A stretch of DNA of 16,130 bases from Gemmatimonadota bacterium. Lineage in GTDB: Bacteria > Gemmatimonadota > Gemmatimonadetes > Longimicrobiales > Gaopeijiaceae. The DNA lies in the NCBI GenBank assembly GCA_021295815.1, contig JAGWBQ010000028.1:1-16130 (forward strand), given 5' to 3'. The stretch's first letter is position 1, and the number at the start of each line of letters is the position of its first letter. The translations under genes were made by a program, and so were the position numbers. The notes below the pieces were generated by a model. It did not search any database, was not told the origin of the DNA, and was given only the letters and a program-made list of their open reading frames with translations. Positions 1 to 7,542 of the stretch are shown piece by piece.

Positions 1-423
1 CTGGAACCCGCGTTCGCGGTCGACGCGCCGCCGCTGCTGCCCGACTCCGCCGGCGATCATCGGATCGTCGGAACCGCCGCCGACGGCGAGACGCTCTTCT
101 CGATCAGCTTCGCCATGCCCGAGCTGGCGGACGCCGACGGTCAGTCGTCGTTCGTCTTCGTCGTGCCGGCCCGGCCCGGCTGGCAGGCCGCGCTCGCCGC
201 CGTCACGCTGACCGGGCCCGGCGGGACCGCCGCGCTCGACGGCGCCGGCGACCGCGCCACGGCCATCCTGCGCGATCGGCGCACGGGACAGGTGCGCGCC
301 ATCCTTCGCGACCTGCCGCCCCAATACCGACTTGCCGCTGACGCAACGGCGGGCGTAACGGAACCCGGCCTGGAAGTGATGTTCAGCCGCGGAATCCCGG
401 ACGCCGCCGCCTGGAGACGGTGA
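1..423 (+). CDS. Hypothetical protein, C-terminal fragment; the start lies upstream of the window
   Basis: Frame 1 is open from base 1 with no stop until 421-423, so the 102-aa track ORF at 115 is the tail of a longer ORF. The translation has ordinary composition (LEPAFAVDAPPLLPDSAGDHRIVGTAADGETLFSISFAMPELADADGQSSFVFVVPARPGW...) and no recognisable motif. It is convergent with waaA. Confidence 0.4.
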   Translation: MEPAFAVDAPPLLPDSAGDHRIVGTAADGETLFSISFAMPELADADGQSSFVFVVPARPGWQAALAAVTLTGPGGTAALDGAGDRATAILRDRRTGQVRAILRDLPPQYRLAADATAGVTEPGLEVMFSRGIPDAAAWRR

Positions 424-533
424 GCGCCGAAGTCGACGCGCAGTGCGCCGCCTGAATTCGTCCGGGCATCGTCGAGATTCCCTCGGAGGAGGTGGGTTCG
501 ATGACGAATCCGACGTAACGACGCGGGTGCCGC

Positions 534-1973
534 TCAGGTGTGGCTGCAATGCGTATGGTATTGCGCTTTCGAGCCAGAATCCAGAAATCCCGAGAGCAGC
601 TCGGCCGTACGTTTGGCGGCGCCAAGCTCCTCGTGCGCAAATCCGAGTCCGGCCTTTCGTGCACCAGCCCTCCGACTCTCGGAGGCGAGCAACCGAAGGA
701 CTGCGGCGACAAGTTCGCCGGGATCGGCGACGGTGAATCCCGCTCCCAGCTCGATAAGCTTCCGGGCGGCGGGAGCCCGTTCGTGCCGAGGACCGAAAAT
801 TACCGGACACCCGGCGGCCGCCGGCTCGATAACCGAGTGCAGGCCTCGCCTGCCGAACCCGCCGCCGACGAACGCGAGACCGGGGCCGTCGGCGTCTGCC
901 GCGAGTCCGTAAAGGGCGGCCAGGGCTCCCACCCGCTCGACAAGCACCGTGCCGATCTGGTCCGGCGGCGCTTCGAGGCGGTCGAACGACGAACGTCCGA
1001 ACTCGATCTCCGCAAAGGTCGTCCACGTCCGTCGATCCCCGAGTCGCCTCGTGATGCCGTGCAGACGAGACTCGCTCGGCTCGTGAGGAGCCAGGACAAG
1101 CAAGAGCTCCGGCACCGAGCGTCGCACTTCCCTGATCGCCGGAAGCAGAACCTTCTCGTCTGCGGGCCAGGTGGAGCCGGCCACCAGGACAGGCCGATCC
1201 GGTAGGGCGGTCAGACGGGTCCCGGCGCCCGAGCGCACGCGACCAACGGCGGCCTCCGTCCCGGGATCGCCGGTGACTCTCACCTCGGCGGTCACTCCCA
1301 GAGCCCGCAGGCGACGAGCGCTGACCTCGTCCACCGCGCAGCAGAGCGAAAGTCCGCCCCAGGCCGGGCCGAGGAGTCTGCGCGCGAGAAAACCGAGACG
1401 GCGAGACCCGGCAGAGACCGTGCCGGCGACGAGGGCCGTGGGCGTTCCAGCCCGCGCGAGCTCTCGAGCGAGGGTCGGCCACACCTCGGTCTTGGTGAAC
1501 ACTGCCAGATCGGGTGCCAAGGCACGGACCGCAGGCCGCAACACCCAGGGGAGATCCCATGGAAGGCAGTCGCTGAAATCGGCGCCGACCTCGGAGGCGA
1601 AGCCTCGCGCCGACGGCGAGAAATAGGTGAAGACGACCTGGGTTTCCGGTCGAAGTTCGCGCAGTCTCGCGATCACCGCTCGAGCCTGCTGGGCTTCGCC
1701 TGCGGAGGGAGCATGCATCCAGACCAGCGGAAGCTCCCGGTCGCCCCGCGCTCGCCCGCGCCCCCAGGCCGCAAGCCTTCGGTGCGCCTCGCTTCGTTCC
1801 TTGATCCCTCGGGCGAGCTTGGCGGCGCCTGAACCCGGCGGAGCGGCGCAGATCAGGGAGACGAGCGGCGCGATCAGCCGAAGAATCCAGGTCAGCCCAA
1901 GGTAGGCCGTGAACGTTATCCCCATCTCATGACGTAGACCTGGTGCGGGTAGGAATCCGGGAGAACCGGGCAT
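534..1973 (-). CDS. waaA: 3-deoxy-D-manno-octulosonic acid (Kdo) transferase, KdtA/WaaA family (glycosyltransferase family 30)
   Basis: 479-aa ORF. It has an N-terminal membrane anchor (ITFTAYLGLTWILRLIAPLVSLI). The KdtA signature block LPLVWMHAPSAGEAQQARAVIARLRE matches the WaaA consensus LxWxHAASVGE, and the length and C-terminal GT-B-like domain fit. The start is ambiguous: M1 at 1973 or M17 (MGITF) at 1925. No clear SD precedes either. Confidence 0.82.
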   Translation of the reverse strand: MPGSPGFLPAPGLRHEMGITFTAYLGLTWILRLIAPLVSLICAAPPGSGAAKLARGIKERSEAHRRLAAWGRGRARGDRELPLVWMHAPSAGEAQQARAVIARLRELRPETQVVFTYFSPSARGFASEVGADFSDCLPWDLPWVLRPAVRALAPDLAVFTKTEVWPTLARELARAGTPTALVAGTVSAGSRRLGFLARRLLGPAWGGLSLCCAVDEVSARRLRALGVTAEVRVTGDPGTEAAVGRVRSGAGTRLTALPDRPVLVAGSTWPADEKVLLPAIREVRRSVPELLLVLAPHEPSESRLHGITRRLGDRRTWTTFAEIEFGRSSFDRLEAPPDQIGTVLVERVGALAALYGLAADADGPGLAFVGGGFGRRGLHSVIEPAAAGCPVIFGPRHERAPAARKLIELGAGFTVADPGELVAAVLRLLASESRRAGARKAGLGFAHEELGAAKRTAELLSGFLDSGSKAQYHTHCSHT

Positions 1974-2100
1974 GGAACCGGAGCTCCGGGGGATGCTTCG
2001 GGGTAGGTTGCCTAAGGGTCGCCCCGGTCGCGAAGCGGCGTTCGCGGCTACCCGGCCCGGCTTCCGCTCCGGGAGCCGTCGTGTTCACCCATATTCGCAC

Positions 2101-2105
2101 AGGAG
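2101..2105 (+). promoter_or_regulatory. Shine-Dalgarno site (AGGAG) 5 nt upstream of the SPFH gene ATG at 2111
   Basis: Read directly: cacAGGAGatgaaATGggactt. This supports 2111 as the true start rather than the upstream ATG at 1943. Confidence 0.7.
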
Positions 2106-2110
2106 ATGAA

Positions 2111-3016
2111 ATGGGACTTCTCGTCTTTGGTTTTCTGGTCTTGCTCGCAGGTGCCGCAGTAGTGGTCGCCGGAGCGGCCCTCGTCGGTCCGTCCATGTCG
2201 CTCGGTTCTCGCAGGGTGACCGGGTACGGGCTCATGACGCTGGGCGTCGGCTTGATGTGCGCCAACTCGATCACAGTCATATCGGTAGGCGAGGTCGGTG
2301 TCAAGCACTTCCTCGGCATGATCGACGAAGATCCGCTAGCCGAGGGCGTACACTTCGTCAATCCGTTCGCCAGCATCGAGAAGATGTCGGTGAGGGAGCA
2401 GTCGTTCCCGCCCGACGGAGGGGTCGAGAGATTCGAGGCGCAGACGAGCGAGCAGCTCAACGTCGCCTTGGAGGTGGCGCTGCTATTCACCATCGACGGA
2501 GCTGCGGCCCCCCGACTCTACCAGGAAATCGGCACCGAAACCCAGCTCAAGAGCCGGATTCTGCTCAACGCGTTGCGGAACGGCGTCCGGGACGCGGTGG
2601 CCACCAAGTCCATCAACGAGATCTTCTCTCCCGATCGTCGCGAGGTCGCGGCCAGCATGCAGCAGGAGATCCAGCTCAAGGCCGGCAACCGCATCGAAAT
2701 TCTCGATGTCTTCGTGCGGGACGTCCAGGCCCCGCCGAGTGTGCGGGAGGCGATCGAGTCCAAGCTCCAGCGGGAGCAGCAGGTGGCCGCCGAGGAATTC
2801 CAGACCCAGATCGTCCAGGAGCAGGCCCAGCAGGAGATCGAGAGGGCCCGAGGCATCGCCGAGTCGCAGAAGATCATCACCGAGGGACTGACTCCCGAGT
2901 ACCTCACCTATCACTACATCCAGAAGCTGGGCGAACTCCCGGCGGGATCGGTGGTCTACGTTCCGACCGAGGCCGGAATACCGCTCATCCGGAATCTGGG
3001 CGGCGGAAACCGGTGA
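2111..3016 (+). CDS. SPFH/band-7 (prohibitin/HflC/K-like) membrane protein
   Basis: Residues 57-357 of the 357-aa track ORF. It starts at M57 (MGLLVFGFLVLLAGAAVVVAGA = N-terminal TM helix) with a strong SD. An SPFH core (VKHFLGMIDEDPLAEGVHFVNPF ... ALEVALLFTIDGAAAPRLYQEIG) is followed by a long E/Q-rich coiled-coil (QREQQVAAEEFQTQIVQEQAQQEIERARGIAESQKII), the typical prohibitin-like architecture. Confidence 0.85.
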   Translation: MGLLVFGFLVLLAGAAVVVAGAALVGPSMSLGSRRVTGYGLMTLGVGLMCANSITVISVGEVGVKHFLGMIDEDPLAEGVHFVNPFASIEKMSVREQSFPPDGGVERFEAQTSEQLNVALEVALLFTIDGAAAPRLYQEIGTETQLKSRILLNALRNGVRDAVATKSINEIFSPDRREVAASMQQEIQLKAGNRIEILDVFVRDVQAPPSVREAIESKLQREQQVAAEEFQTQIVQEQAQQEIERARGIAESQKIITEGLTPEYLTYHYIQKLGELPAGSVVYVPTEAGIPLIRNLGGGNR

Positions 3017-3085
3017 CGCCGGGACCGGGGCGACGCGGGCTTTGGGAGTTCGAGGTTCGTCGATCGGCCGGCGGGGAAGCCTGAG

Positions 3086-4159
3086 ATGCGGTTCGCCGTA
3101 TTCGCCGTGATGCTTCTGGCCGCAGGCGGCTCGGGAGCCTGCTCGCCGGGCTACGTCCTCAGGGCCGGCTTCGAGGAGTGGAAGATCCTGCGCGCCAGCG
3201 AGGACATCGAAGACGTTCTGCGCGACCCGGAGGTGGACGAGACCACCAAGAGCAAGCTCGTCCTGGTGCTCGAGGCGCGGCAGTTCGCCATGAGCGAATT
3301 TGGCATCGACGTGGGAAGAGCCTACTCGTCCTACGTTGAGCTCGAGCGCGACACCCTCGCGCTGATCGTGTCCGCCGCGCATCGCGACATGCTGGTGCCG
3401 AAGACCTGGTGGTTTCCGATAGTCGGCAACGTGCCGTATCGGGGGCATTTCTCGGTCGAGGACGCCGACGAGGAGCGGATGAAGCTCGAGGCGGAGGGCT
3501 TCGACGCCATGGTGAGGCCCACGGCCGCCTTCAGCACGCTGGGCTGGTTCGACGATCCCGTGCTCTCGACCTTTCTCCGGTACGACGACGTCGAGATGAT
3601 CACGACGCTGATCCACGAGCTGGCGCACCTCCATCTCTACGTCGCCGGCGAGGGCGACTTCAACGAGAGCTACGCGACCTTCGTAGGCCGCTCGGGTGCG
3701 GTGCGGTTCTTCTGCGGGCGGCGGGCCGGAGGCGAGAACACCCTGAAATGTCAGCGAGCTCGCGTCCGTTGGGAGGACGTCAAGCTCTTCGGGGCCTACA
3801 TCGACGAGCTGCGCGCCGAGCTCACCCGCTTCTACGCCGACACGACGCTGACCAGCGAAGAAAAGATCGCCGGACGAGAGCCGATCTTCAGAAACGCCCT
3901 CAGCCGCTTTGACGCGGAGGTGGCGCCCCAACTCGAGTCGCTCACCTTCACGGGTTTCCGCGACACTGACCTGAACAACGTGACCCTCCTCTCGCGGATC
4001 AGGTACTACCACCGGCTGGACGATTTCGATACGCTGCTCCAGGAGTGGGAGGGGGACCTTGCGGCGCTGCTCCGTCACCTGAAAACGGTGGTGGAGGACG
4101 TCGACGACCCGTGGACGCTCGTGGAAGGGCCGGCCCGTGATCCCATGCCCTCCCCTTGA
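3086..4159 (+). CDS. Secreted/lipoprotein-like HExxH zinc metallopeptidase, most consistent with the 'predicted aminopeptidase' family (DUF2265-like)
   Basis: 357 aa. It has a signal peptide with Cys (MRFAVFAVMLLAAGGSGAC). An HExxH motif sits at aa 177-181 (TLIHELAHLHLY; nt 3614-3628). Conserved-looking blocks WWFPIVGNVPYRGHF and FNESYATFVG recall the bacterial predicted-aminopeptidase family. The family assignment is from memory, not a search. Confidence 0.55.
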   Translation: MRFAVFAVMLLAAGGSGACSPGYVLRAGFEEWKILRASEDIEDVLRDPEVDETTKSKLVLVLEARQFAMSEFGIDVGRAYSSYVELERDTLALIVSAAHRDMLVPKTWWFPIVGNVPYRGHFSVEDADEERMKLEAEGFDAMVRPTAAFSTLGWFDDPVLSTFLRYDDVEMITTLIHELAHLHLYVAGEGDFNESYATFVGRSGAVRFFCGRRAGGENTLKCQRARVRWEDVKLFGAYIDELRAELTRFYADTTLTSEEKIAGREPIFRNALSRFDAEVAPQLESLTFTGFRDTDLNNVTLLSRIRYYHRLDDFDTLLQEWEGDLAALLRHLKTVVEDVDDPWTLVEGPARDPMPSP

Positions 4160-4253
4160 TCCGATCACCGAGTGATACGAGTTTCACTACTCCGTCCGCT
4201 CCCGTACGAGAGTTAGGAGGGGGACCGACAAGCGACAGTGGACGGCCCGCCCG

Positions 4254-4288
4254 CGAACGGTGCGCCGCCGTTCGGCAACTTTCAACTT
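4254..4288 (+). terminator. Candidate intrinsic terminator / stem-loop downstream of the metallopeptidase gene
   Basis: CGAACGG (4254-4260) - 7-nt loop - CCGTTCG (4268-4274), then gcaacTTTcaacTT, an interrupted U-tract. It lies about 95 nt after the stop at 4159 and immediately before the SD of the next gene. Confidence 0.3.
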
Positions 4289-4294
4289 AGGAGG
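4289..4294 (+). promoter_or_regulatory. Shine-Dalgarno site (AGGAGG) for the DsbA-like gene
   Basis: ttAGGAGGaagaGTG: AGGAGG lies 4 nt upstream of the in-frame GTG at 4299. The alternative ATG at 4347 (MGKFY) is preceded only by GGCGGAAGC. Confidence 0.5.
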
Positions 4295-4298
4295 AAGA

Positions 4299-5051
4299 GT
4301 GAGTAGAGCAGAGCAACGCCGACAGGCGCGCGGTCAGGGCGGAAGCATGGGGAAGTTCTACGCGATTCTCGGCGGCATCGCTGTGGTCGGGGCCGCCGTG
4401 GTCGCGAGTCAGGTCATGGGGGGACCGGGGGAGGCGATCACGACATCGATGGACGTGGCCGCCATCGAGGACGATTCCGTGCTGCTGGCGACGGCGAAGC
4501 CGGTCGTCAAGGGTGATCCCGAGAGCTCGATCGCCATCATGCTCTTCGTGGACTACCAGTGCCCGGCCTGCCGTCAATTCGCCGCCATGGTGGAGCCGCA
4601 GATCGACCTGCGGCTCGTCGAATCCGGTCGGGCGAGCGTCGAGCAGTACGACTTCCCGATCGAGCAAGCTCATCCCCACGCCTTCCTCGCCGCCCGGGCC
4701 GCGAGGTGCGCCGGCGATCAGGATCGCTACCGGGACTACCACGACATCCTCTTCCGCAACCAGGATGTCTGGTTCTATCAGAACGAGGCCGTGGGCGCCT
4801 TCACAGACTACGGGGAGGAGCTCGCCCTCGACATGGACGAGTTCGGTGCCTGCCTGCGGAGCGAACGCCACGCCGAGGTGGTTTCCGCCAACCTCCAGTT
4901 CGGAACCCGACTCGGGGTCGGCGCGACCCCCACGGTCTTGGTGCTCGACCGCGGCGAGGGCGGAGGCATTCACCGCCTCAACGGCAACACCTACGAAGCC
5001 ATCGAGGAGGTCGTCGGCGATATCGAAGCCGGCCGCGCGCAAGGAAGCTAG
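4299..5051 (+). CDS. DsbA-like thioredoxin-fold thiol:disulfide oxidoreductase (Thioredoxin_4/DSBA family), membrane-anchored or secreted
   Basis: It lies in the frame of the 263-aa track ORF (4260-5051). It has an N-terminal TM/signal helix (FYAILGGIAVVGAAVVAS) and a CxxC active site, CPAC, at nt 4560-4571 in the context IAIMLFVDYQCPACRQF, which is typical of DsbA-like Trx-fold proteins. The VGATPTVLV cis-Pro loop region is also typical. The start could be GTG 4260, GTG 4299 (with SD) or ATG 4347. Confidence 0.8.
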   Translation: MSRAEQRRQARGQGGSMGKFYAILGGIAVVGAAVVASQVMGGPGEAITTSMDVAAIEDDSVLLATAKPVVKGDPESSIAIMLFVDYQCPACRQFAAMVEPQIDLRLVESGRASVEQYDFPIEQAHPHAFLAARAARCAGDQDRYRDYHDILFRNQDVWFYQNEAVGAFTDYGEELALDMDEFGACLRSERHAEVVSANLQFGTRLGVGATPTVLVLDRGEGGGIHRLNGNTYEAIEEVVGDIEAGRAQGS

Positions 5052-5057
5052 CCGCCG

Positions 5058-5537
5058 GTGGCTCGAGCGGCGACGATGGAGAACGTCACGGTTCACCGCA
5101 ACCGGATGGCGATAGCGATTCTCTCGCTCGTAGGTCTTTTTGTGGCGTTCTACCTCTACGCCCACGCGGCGGGGTGGATGGGGGCTCTCCAATGCGGCTT
5201 GAGCGATTGCGACACCGTGCAATCGAGCTCCCACGCCCGGCTCGGGCCGGTGCCGGTGCCGCTCATCGGTCTCGTGGGATACGCGTTACTGCTGGGCCTG
5301 GCGCTCGTCGGACTCCAGCCCTCCTGCGTCGGTTCGAGCTGGATCGCTCGGCTCCTGCTTCTGGGCGCCGCAGCCGGCTGGGGCTACTCCGCCTACCTCA
5401 CCTATCTGGAAGCCTGGGTCATCAGAGCGTGGTGCCAGTACTGCGTGGCATCGGCGATCATCATGACCCTGATTCTGGCGGCGAGCCTGCCGGAGGTGCG
5501 CCGGAGCTTCGGAGAGGCTCGACGAACACGTCCATAG
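5058..5537 (+). CDS. Vitamin K epoxide reductase (VKOR) family membrane protein, a DsbB-like quinone-dependent oxidant
   Basis: 159 aa with four predicted TM helices. It has a loop Cys pair (QCGLSDC), a TYLEAW/TYx motif, and the CxxC CQYC at nt 5433-5444 inside a TM helix (RAWCQYCVASAIIMTLIL). This is the VKOR signature. It lies 6 nt downstream of the DsbA-like gene. The start is GTG 5058 or ATG 5076. Confidence 0.8.
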   Translation: MARAATMENVTVHRNRMAIAILSLVGLFVAFYLYAHAAGWMGALQCGLSDCDTVQSSSHARLGPVPVPLIGLVGYALLLGLALVGLQPSCVGSSWIARLLLLGAAAGWGYSAYLTYLEAWVIRAWCQYCVASAIIMTLILAASLPEVRRSFGEARRTRP

Positions 5538-5832
5538 TACCCCCGCAGACCGCCGGACTCCATGACGCCAGGTCGTCGGTGAGGTCCACGCGCACCATCT
5601 CCGCGCGGCCGCTCTCCATGACCCGTCCGGCGGCTTCGATCACCTCGGCCTCTCCGCAGCCGCCGCCCACGGTTCCCGAGAGTACGCCGTTCGCGTCGAG
5701 CACCATGCGGGCGCCGCTCTTGCGCGGAGTCGAGCCTCTGGTGGAGACGATGGTGGCGACCGCGCCCCCGGTCGCCGTTTCGCTCAGCCGAACCAGAGCG
5801 GCGTCGGTTCCCCTGCGATCGTCGTGAATCAA
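5461..5832 (-). CDS. Stand-alone XdhC/CoxI-family N-terminal domain protein (Moco-enzyme accessory-like)
   Basis: 123 aa with a TTG start that overlaps the stop of the upstream HAD gene (TTGA). It carries the canonical XdhC N-domain blocks AVATIVSTRGSTPRKSGARMVL, GTVGGGCGEAEVI and AVCGGTMDVFVEPL. It has no Rossmann-like C-terminal domain. Its last 77 nt overlap the 3' end of the convergent VKOR gene. Confidence 0.65.
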   Translation of the reverse strand: MIHDDRRGTDAALVRLSETATGGAVATIVSTRGSTPRKSGARMVLDANGVLSGTVGGGCGEAEVIEAAGRVMESGRAEMVRVDLTDDLASWSPAVCGGTMDVFVEPLRSSGAPPAGSPPESGS

Positions 5833-6548
5833 ACGGTTCCGGCCAGGCGGACGCCGCCTCTCACGAGAGAATCGTAGACCCCGGGAGCCTCGAGGTCGGG
5901 GAATACCCGGTCCGCTTCGGTGTCGGCGAGCTCCTCGAGGCTGTACTGGCCCGTGGCCACGGCTACGGTCTCCATCCCCGCCAGGCGTCCGCAGATGACG
6001 TCGCGCGGCGTGTCGCCCACTATGACCATGTGGCTCGGATGGAGGTGGCCGCCCCAGCGACTCCGCGCCCGCTCCAAGGCGATGGCCGGCAGTTCGTTTC
6101 GGTCCATGGAGTCCGAACCGAACGCACCGAACGGGAAAAAGCGCGCCAGCCCTACCGATCCGAGCTTGATCCGCGCACCGTCGATGACGTTTCCGGTGAG
6201 AAGAGCCATCTCGACGCCCTCCTCGGCCGCCACGCGATAAAGGAGGTCGGGGATACCGGGCAGCACTTCGGGGAGCCGGTCGGGCAAGGCCTCGGCCAGG
6301 AGCTCGACGTAGCGAGCGAGCATCTCGGGAAGCAGCGCGTCCACCCTTTCCCGTTCGACGCCGGCCAAGGCCAGCAGCTCGTGCGCGATCTGCGGGTCGG
6401 TCTTGCCGGAGAAGCTGACGAGTTCCGGACGGCCCGGCTCCCCGTAGACCTCCTCCATGGCGGCGCAGAACACGCTCCTTCCGGGGCTTCCCCTCACGAG
6501 CGTGCCGTCGATGTCGAAAAGGATTACCCGATTGGTCTCAAATGTCAA
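5829..6548 (-). CDS. HAD-superfamily hydrolase (phosphoglycolate/phosphatase-like, subfamily IA)
   Basis: 239 aa. Motif I is ILFDIDGTL, a motif II-like Ser/Thr lies in VSFSGKTD, and a motif IV-like block is MVIVGDTPRDVICG. The start is TTG at 6548, which overlaps the 3' end of the upstream dehydratase gene by 11 nt. Confidence 0.8.
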   Translation of the reverse strand: MTFETNRVILFDIDGTLVRGSPGRSVFCAAMEEVYGEPGRPELVSFSGKTDPQIAHELLALAGVERERVDALLPEMLARYVELLAEALPDRLPEVLPGIPDLLYRVAAEEGVEMALLTGNVIDGARIKLGSVGLARFFPFGAFGSDSMDRNELPAIALERARSRWGGHLHPSHMVIVGDTPRDVICGRLAGMETVAVATGQYSLEELADTEADRVFPDLEAPGVYDSLVRGGVRLAGTV

Positions 6549-7542
6549 GATCGAGGGTCCTGATTGCCTTTGGATCGATGTTTCCGCCGCTGAGCACGGC
6601 GACTACCCGGAGGTCTTCGGTCTTGACCGTGCCGGACATGATAGCCGCCACTGTCGCCGCTCCGGAATACTCCACCACCAGCTTCTCGCAGGCCATCAGG
6701 TGGGCTGCGGCCTTGAGGATGTCGTCGTCAGAGACGGTGACGATGTCGTCGAGCAGAGTGGAAGCGTGGAGATAGGTAAGCTCGCCGGCTATGACCGGAG
6801 CCAGTCCGTCGGCCACGGTGTCGATGCTCTCGAGCTCGACTGGACCGCCCGCCTTGAGAGCCGCCTTCATGGATGCCGCACCCTCGGGCTCGACGCCGAT
6901 CACGCGGGCCTCGGGGCGTAGAGCCTTGATCGCCGCGGCCACGCCGCCCGCCAGGCCGCCGCCGCCGATGGGGACGAGGACCATGTCGAGTCTCTCCACC
7001 GAGTCGGCGATCTCGAGCCCGACGGTGCCCTGTCCGGCGACGATGTCCGGGTGTTCGAACGGTGGCACGATGGTCATCTTCCGTTCGATGGCGATCTCTT
7101 CCGCCTTCGCGCGCCGTTCGAGGGAGGTCGTGCCCTCCACCACGATCTCGGCCCCGAGCCGCTCCGCCCCGCGTCTCTTCACGTCCGGCACGGTCTCCGG
7201 CATTACGACGGTCACCGGTGCGCCCCGCACCCGCGCGGCCATGGCGACCGCCTGGGCGTGATTGCCGGAGGAGTACGTGACGAGCCCCATCGACACCACC
7301 TTCGGCAGGAGGCGGGAGATGAAGTTGTAGGCGCCGCGCAGCTTGAACGATCCGGTGCGTTGCAGGTTTTCGCACTTCAGACCTACGCGGACGCCGGTAA
7401 GCTCGTGCAGATGAGACGATTCCACGAGAGGAGTTCTCGCCACCACGCCGGCCAGCCTGCGGGCCGCCGCCTCGACATCGAGCAGCGACACCACCGTAGG
7501 CGGAGGTTCGGGAACCGGTACCTGCTTGGCGCGCGGGGTCAC
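6538..7542 (-). CDS. Threonine/serine dehydratase (threonine ammonia-lyase, catabolic-type short form), PLP fold-type II
   Basis: 334 aa. The PLP-lysine block [20 protein letters not shown] is diagnostic of TdcB/IlvA-type dehydratases. The glycine-rich PLP-phosphate loop [10 protein letters not shown] and the length are typical of the catabolic/short form, which lacks ACT regulatory domains. The start is GTG at 7542, which overlaps the gyrA stop (GTGA). Confidence 0.85.
   Translation of the reverse strand: MTPRAKQVPVPEPPPTVVSLLDVEAAARRLAGVVARTPLVESSHLHELTGVRVGLKCENLQRTGSFKLRGAYNFISRLLPKVVSMGLVTYSSGNHAQAVAMAARVRGAPVTVVMPETVPDVKRRGAERLGAEIVVEGTTSLERRAKAEEIAIERKMTIVPPFEHPDIVAGQGTVGLEIADSVERLDMVLVPIGGGGLAGGVAAAIKALRPEARVIGVEPEGAASMKAALKAGGPVELESIDTVADGLAPVIAGELTYLHASTLLDDIVTVSDDDILKAAAHLMACEKLVVEYSGAATVAAIMSGTVKTEDLRVVAVLSGGNIDPKAIRTLDLDI

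Noticed and set aside
493-515. tRNA-like T-arm motif (GGGTTCGAtgacgAATCC) between the convergent first gene and waaA
   Set aside because: It resembles GGTTCGAATCC but carries a 5-nt insertion. There is no acceptor stem, no CCA context and no D- or anticodon-arm pairing in either orientation.
1943-2110. Upstream extension of the SPFH ORF (M1 at 1943, 56 extra residues)
   Set aside because: The extension is Arg/Gly-rich and lacks a TM segment. It would overlap the divergent waaA start region. A strong AGGAG SD sits precisely before M57.
2483-4168. 561-aa - strand ORF
   Set aside because: It is antisense to two well-supported + strand genes (SPFH and the HExxH peptidase) and spans their intergenic region. 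The composition is low-complexity with no family resemblance.
4211-4232. Second AGGAGGGGG SD-like sequence upstream of the DsbA-like gene, possibly heading a small ORF
   Set aside because: No ATG, GTG or TTG lies within 4-12 nt downstream of it. The nearest in-frame start is too far, so it probably does not drive translation.
4287-5234. 315-aa - strand ORF antisense to the DsbA-like gene
   Set aside because: No motif. It overlaps the SD-supported DsbA-like/VKOR pair. It is an antisense artefact.
4559-5827. 422-aa + strand ORF in an alternative frame across the DsbA-like, VKOR and XdhC-N genes
   Set aside because: It is an off-frame read-through, with more than 25% Arg plus Pro and no domains. 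The in-frame genes carry CxxC and VKOR signatures.
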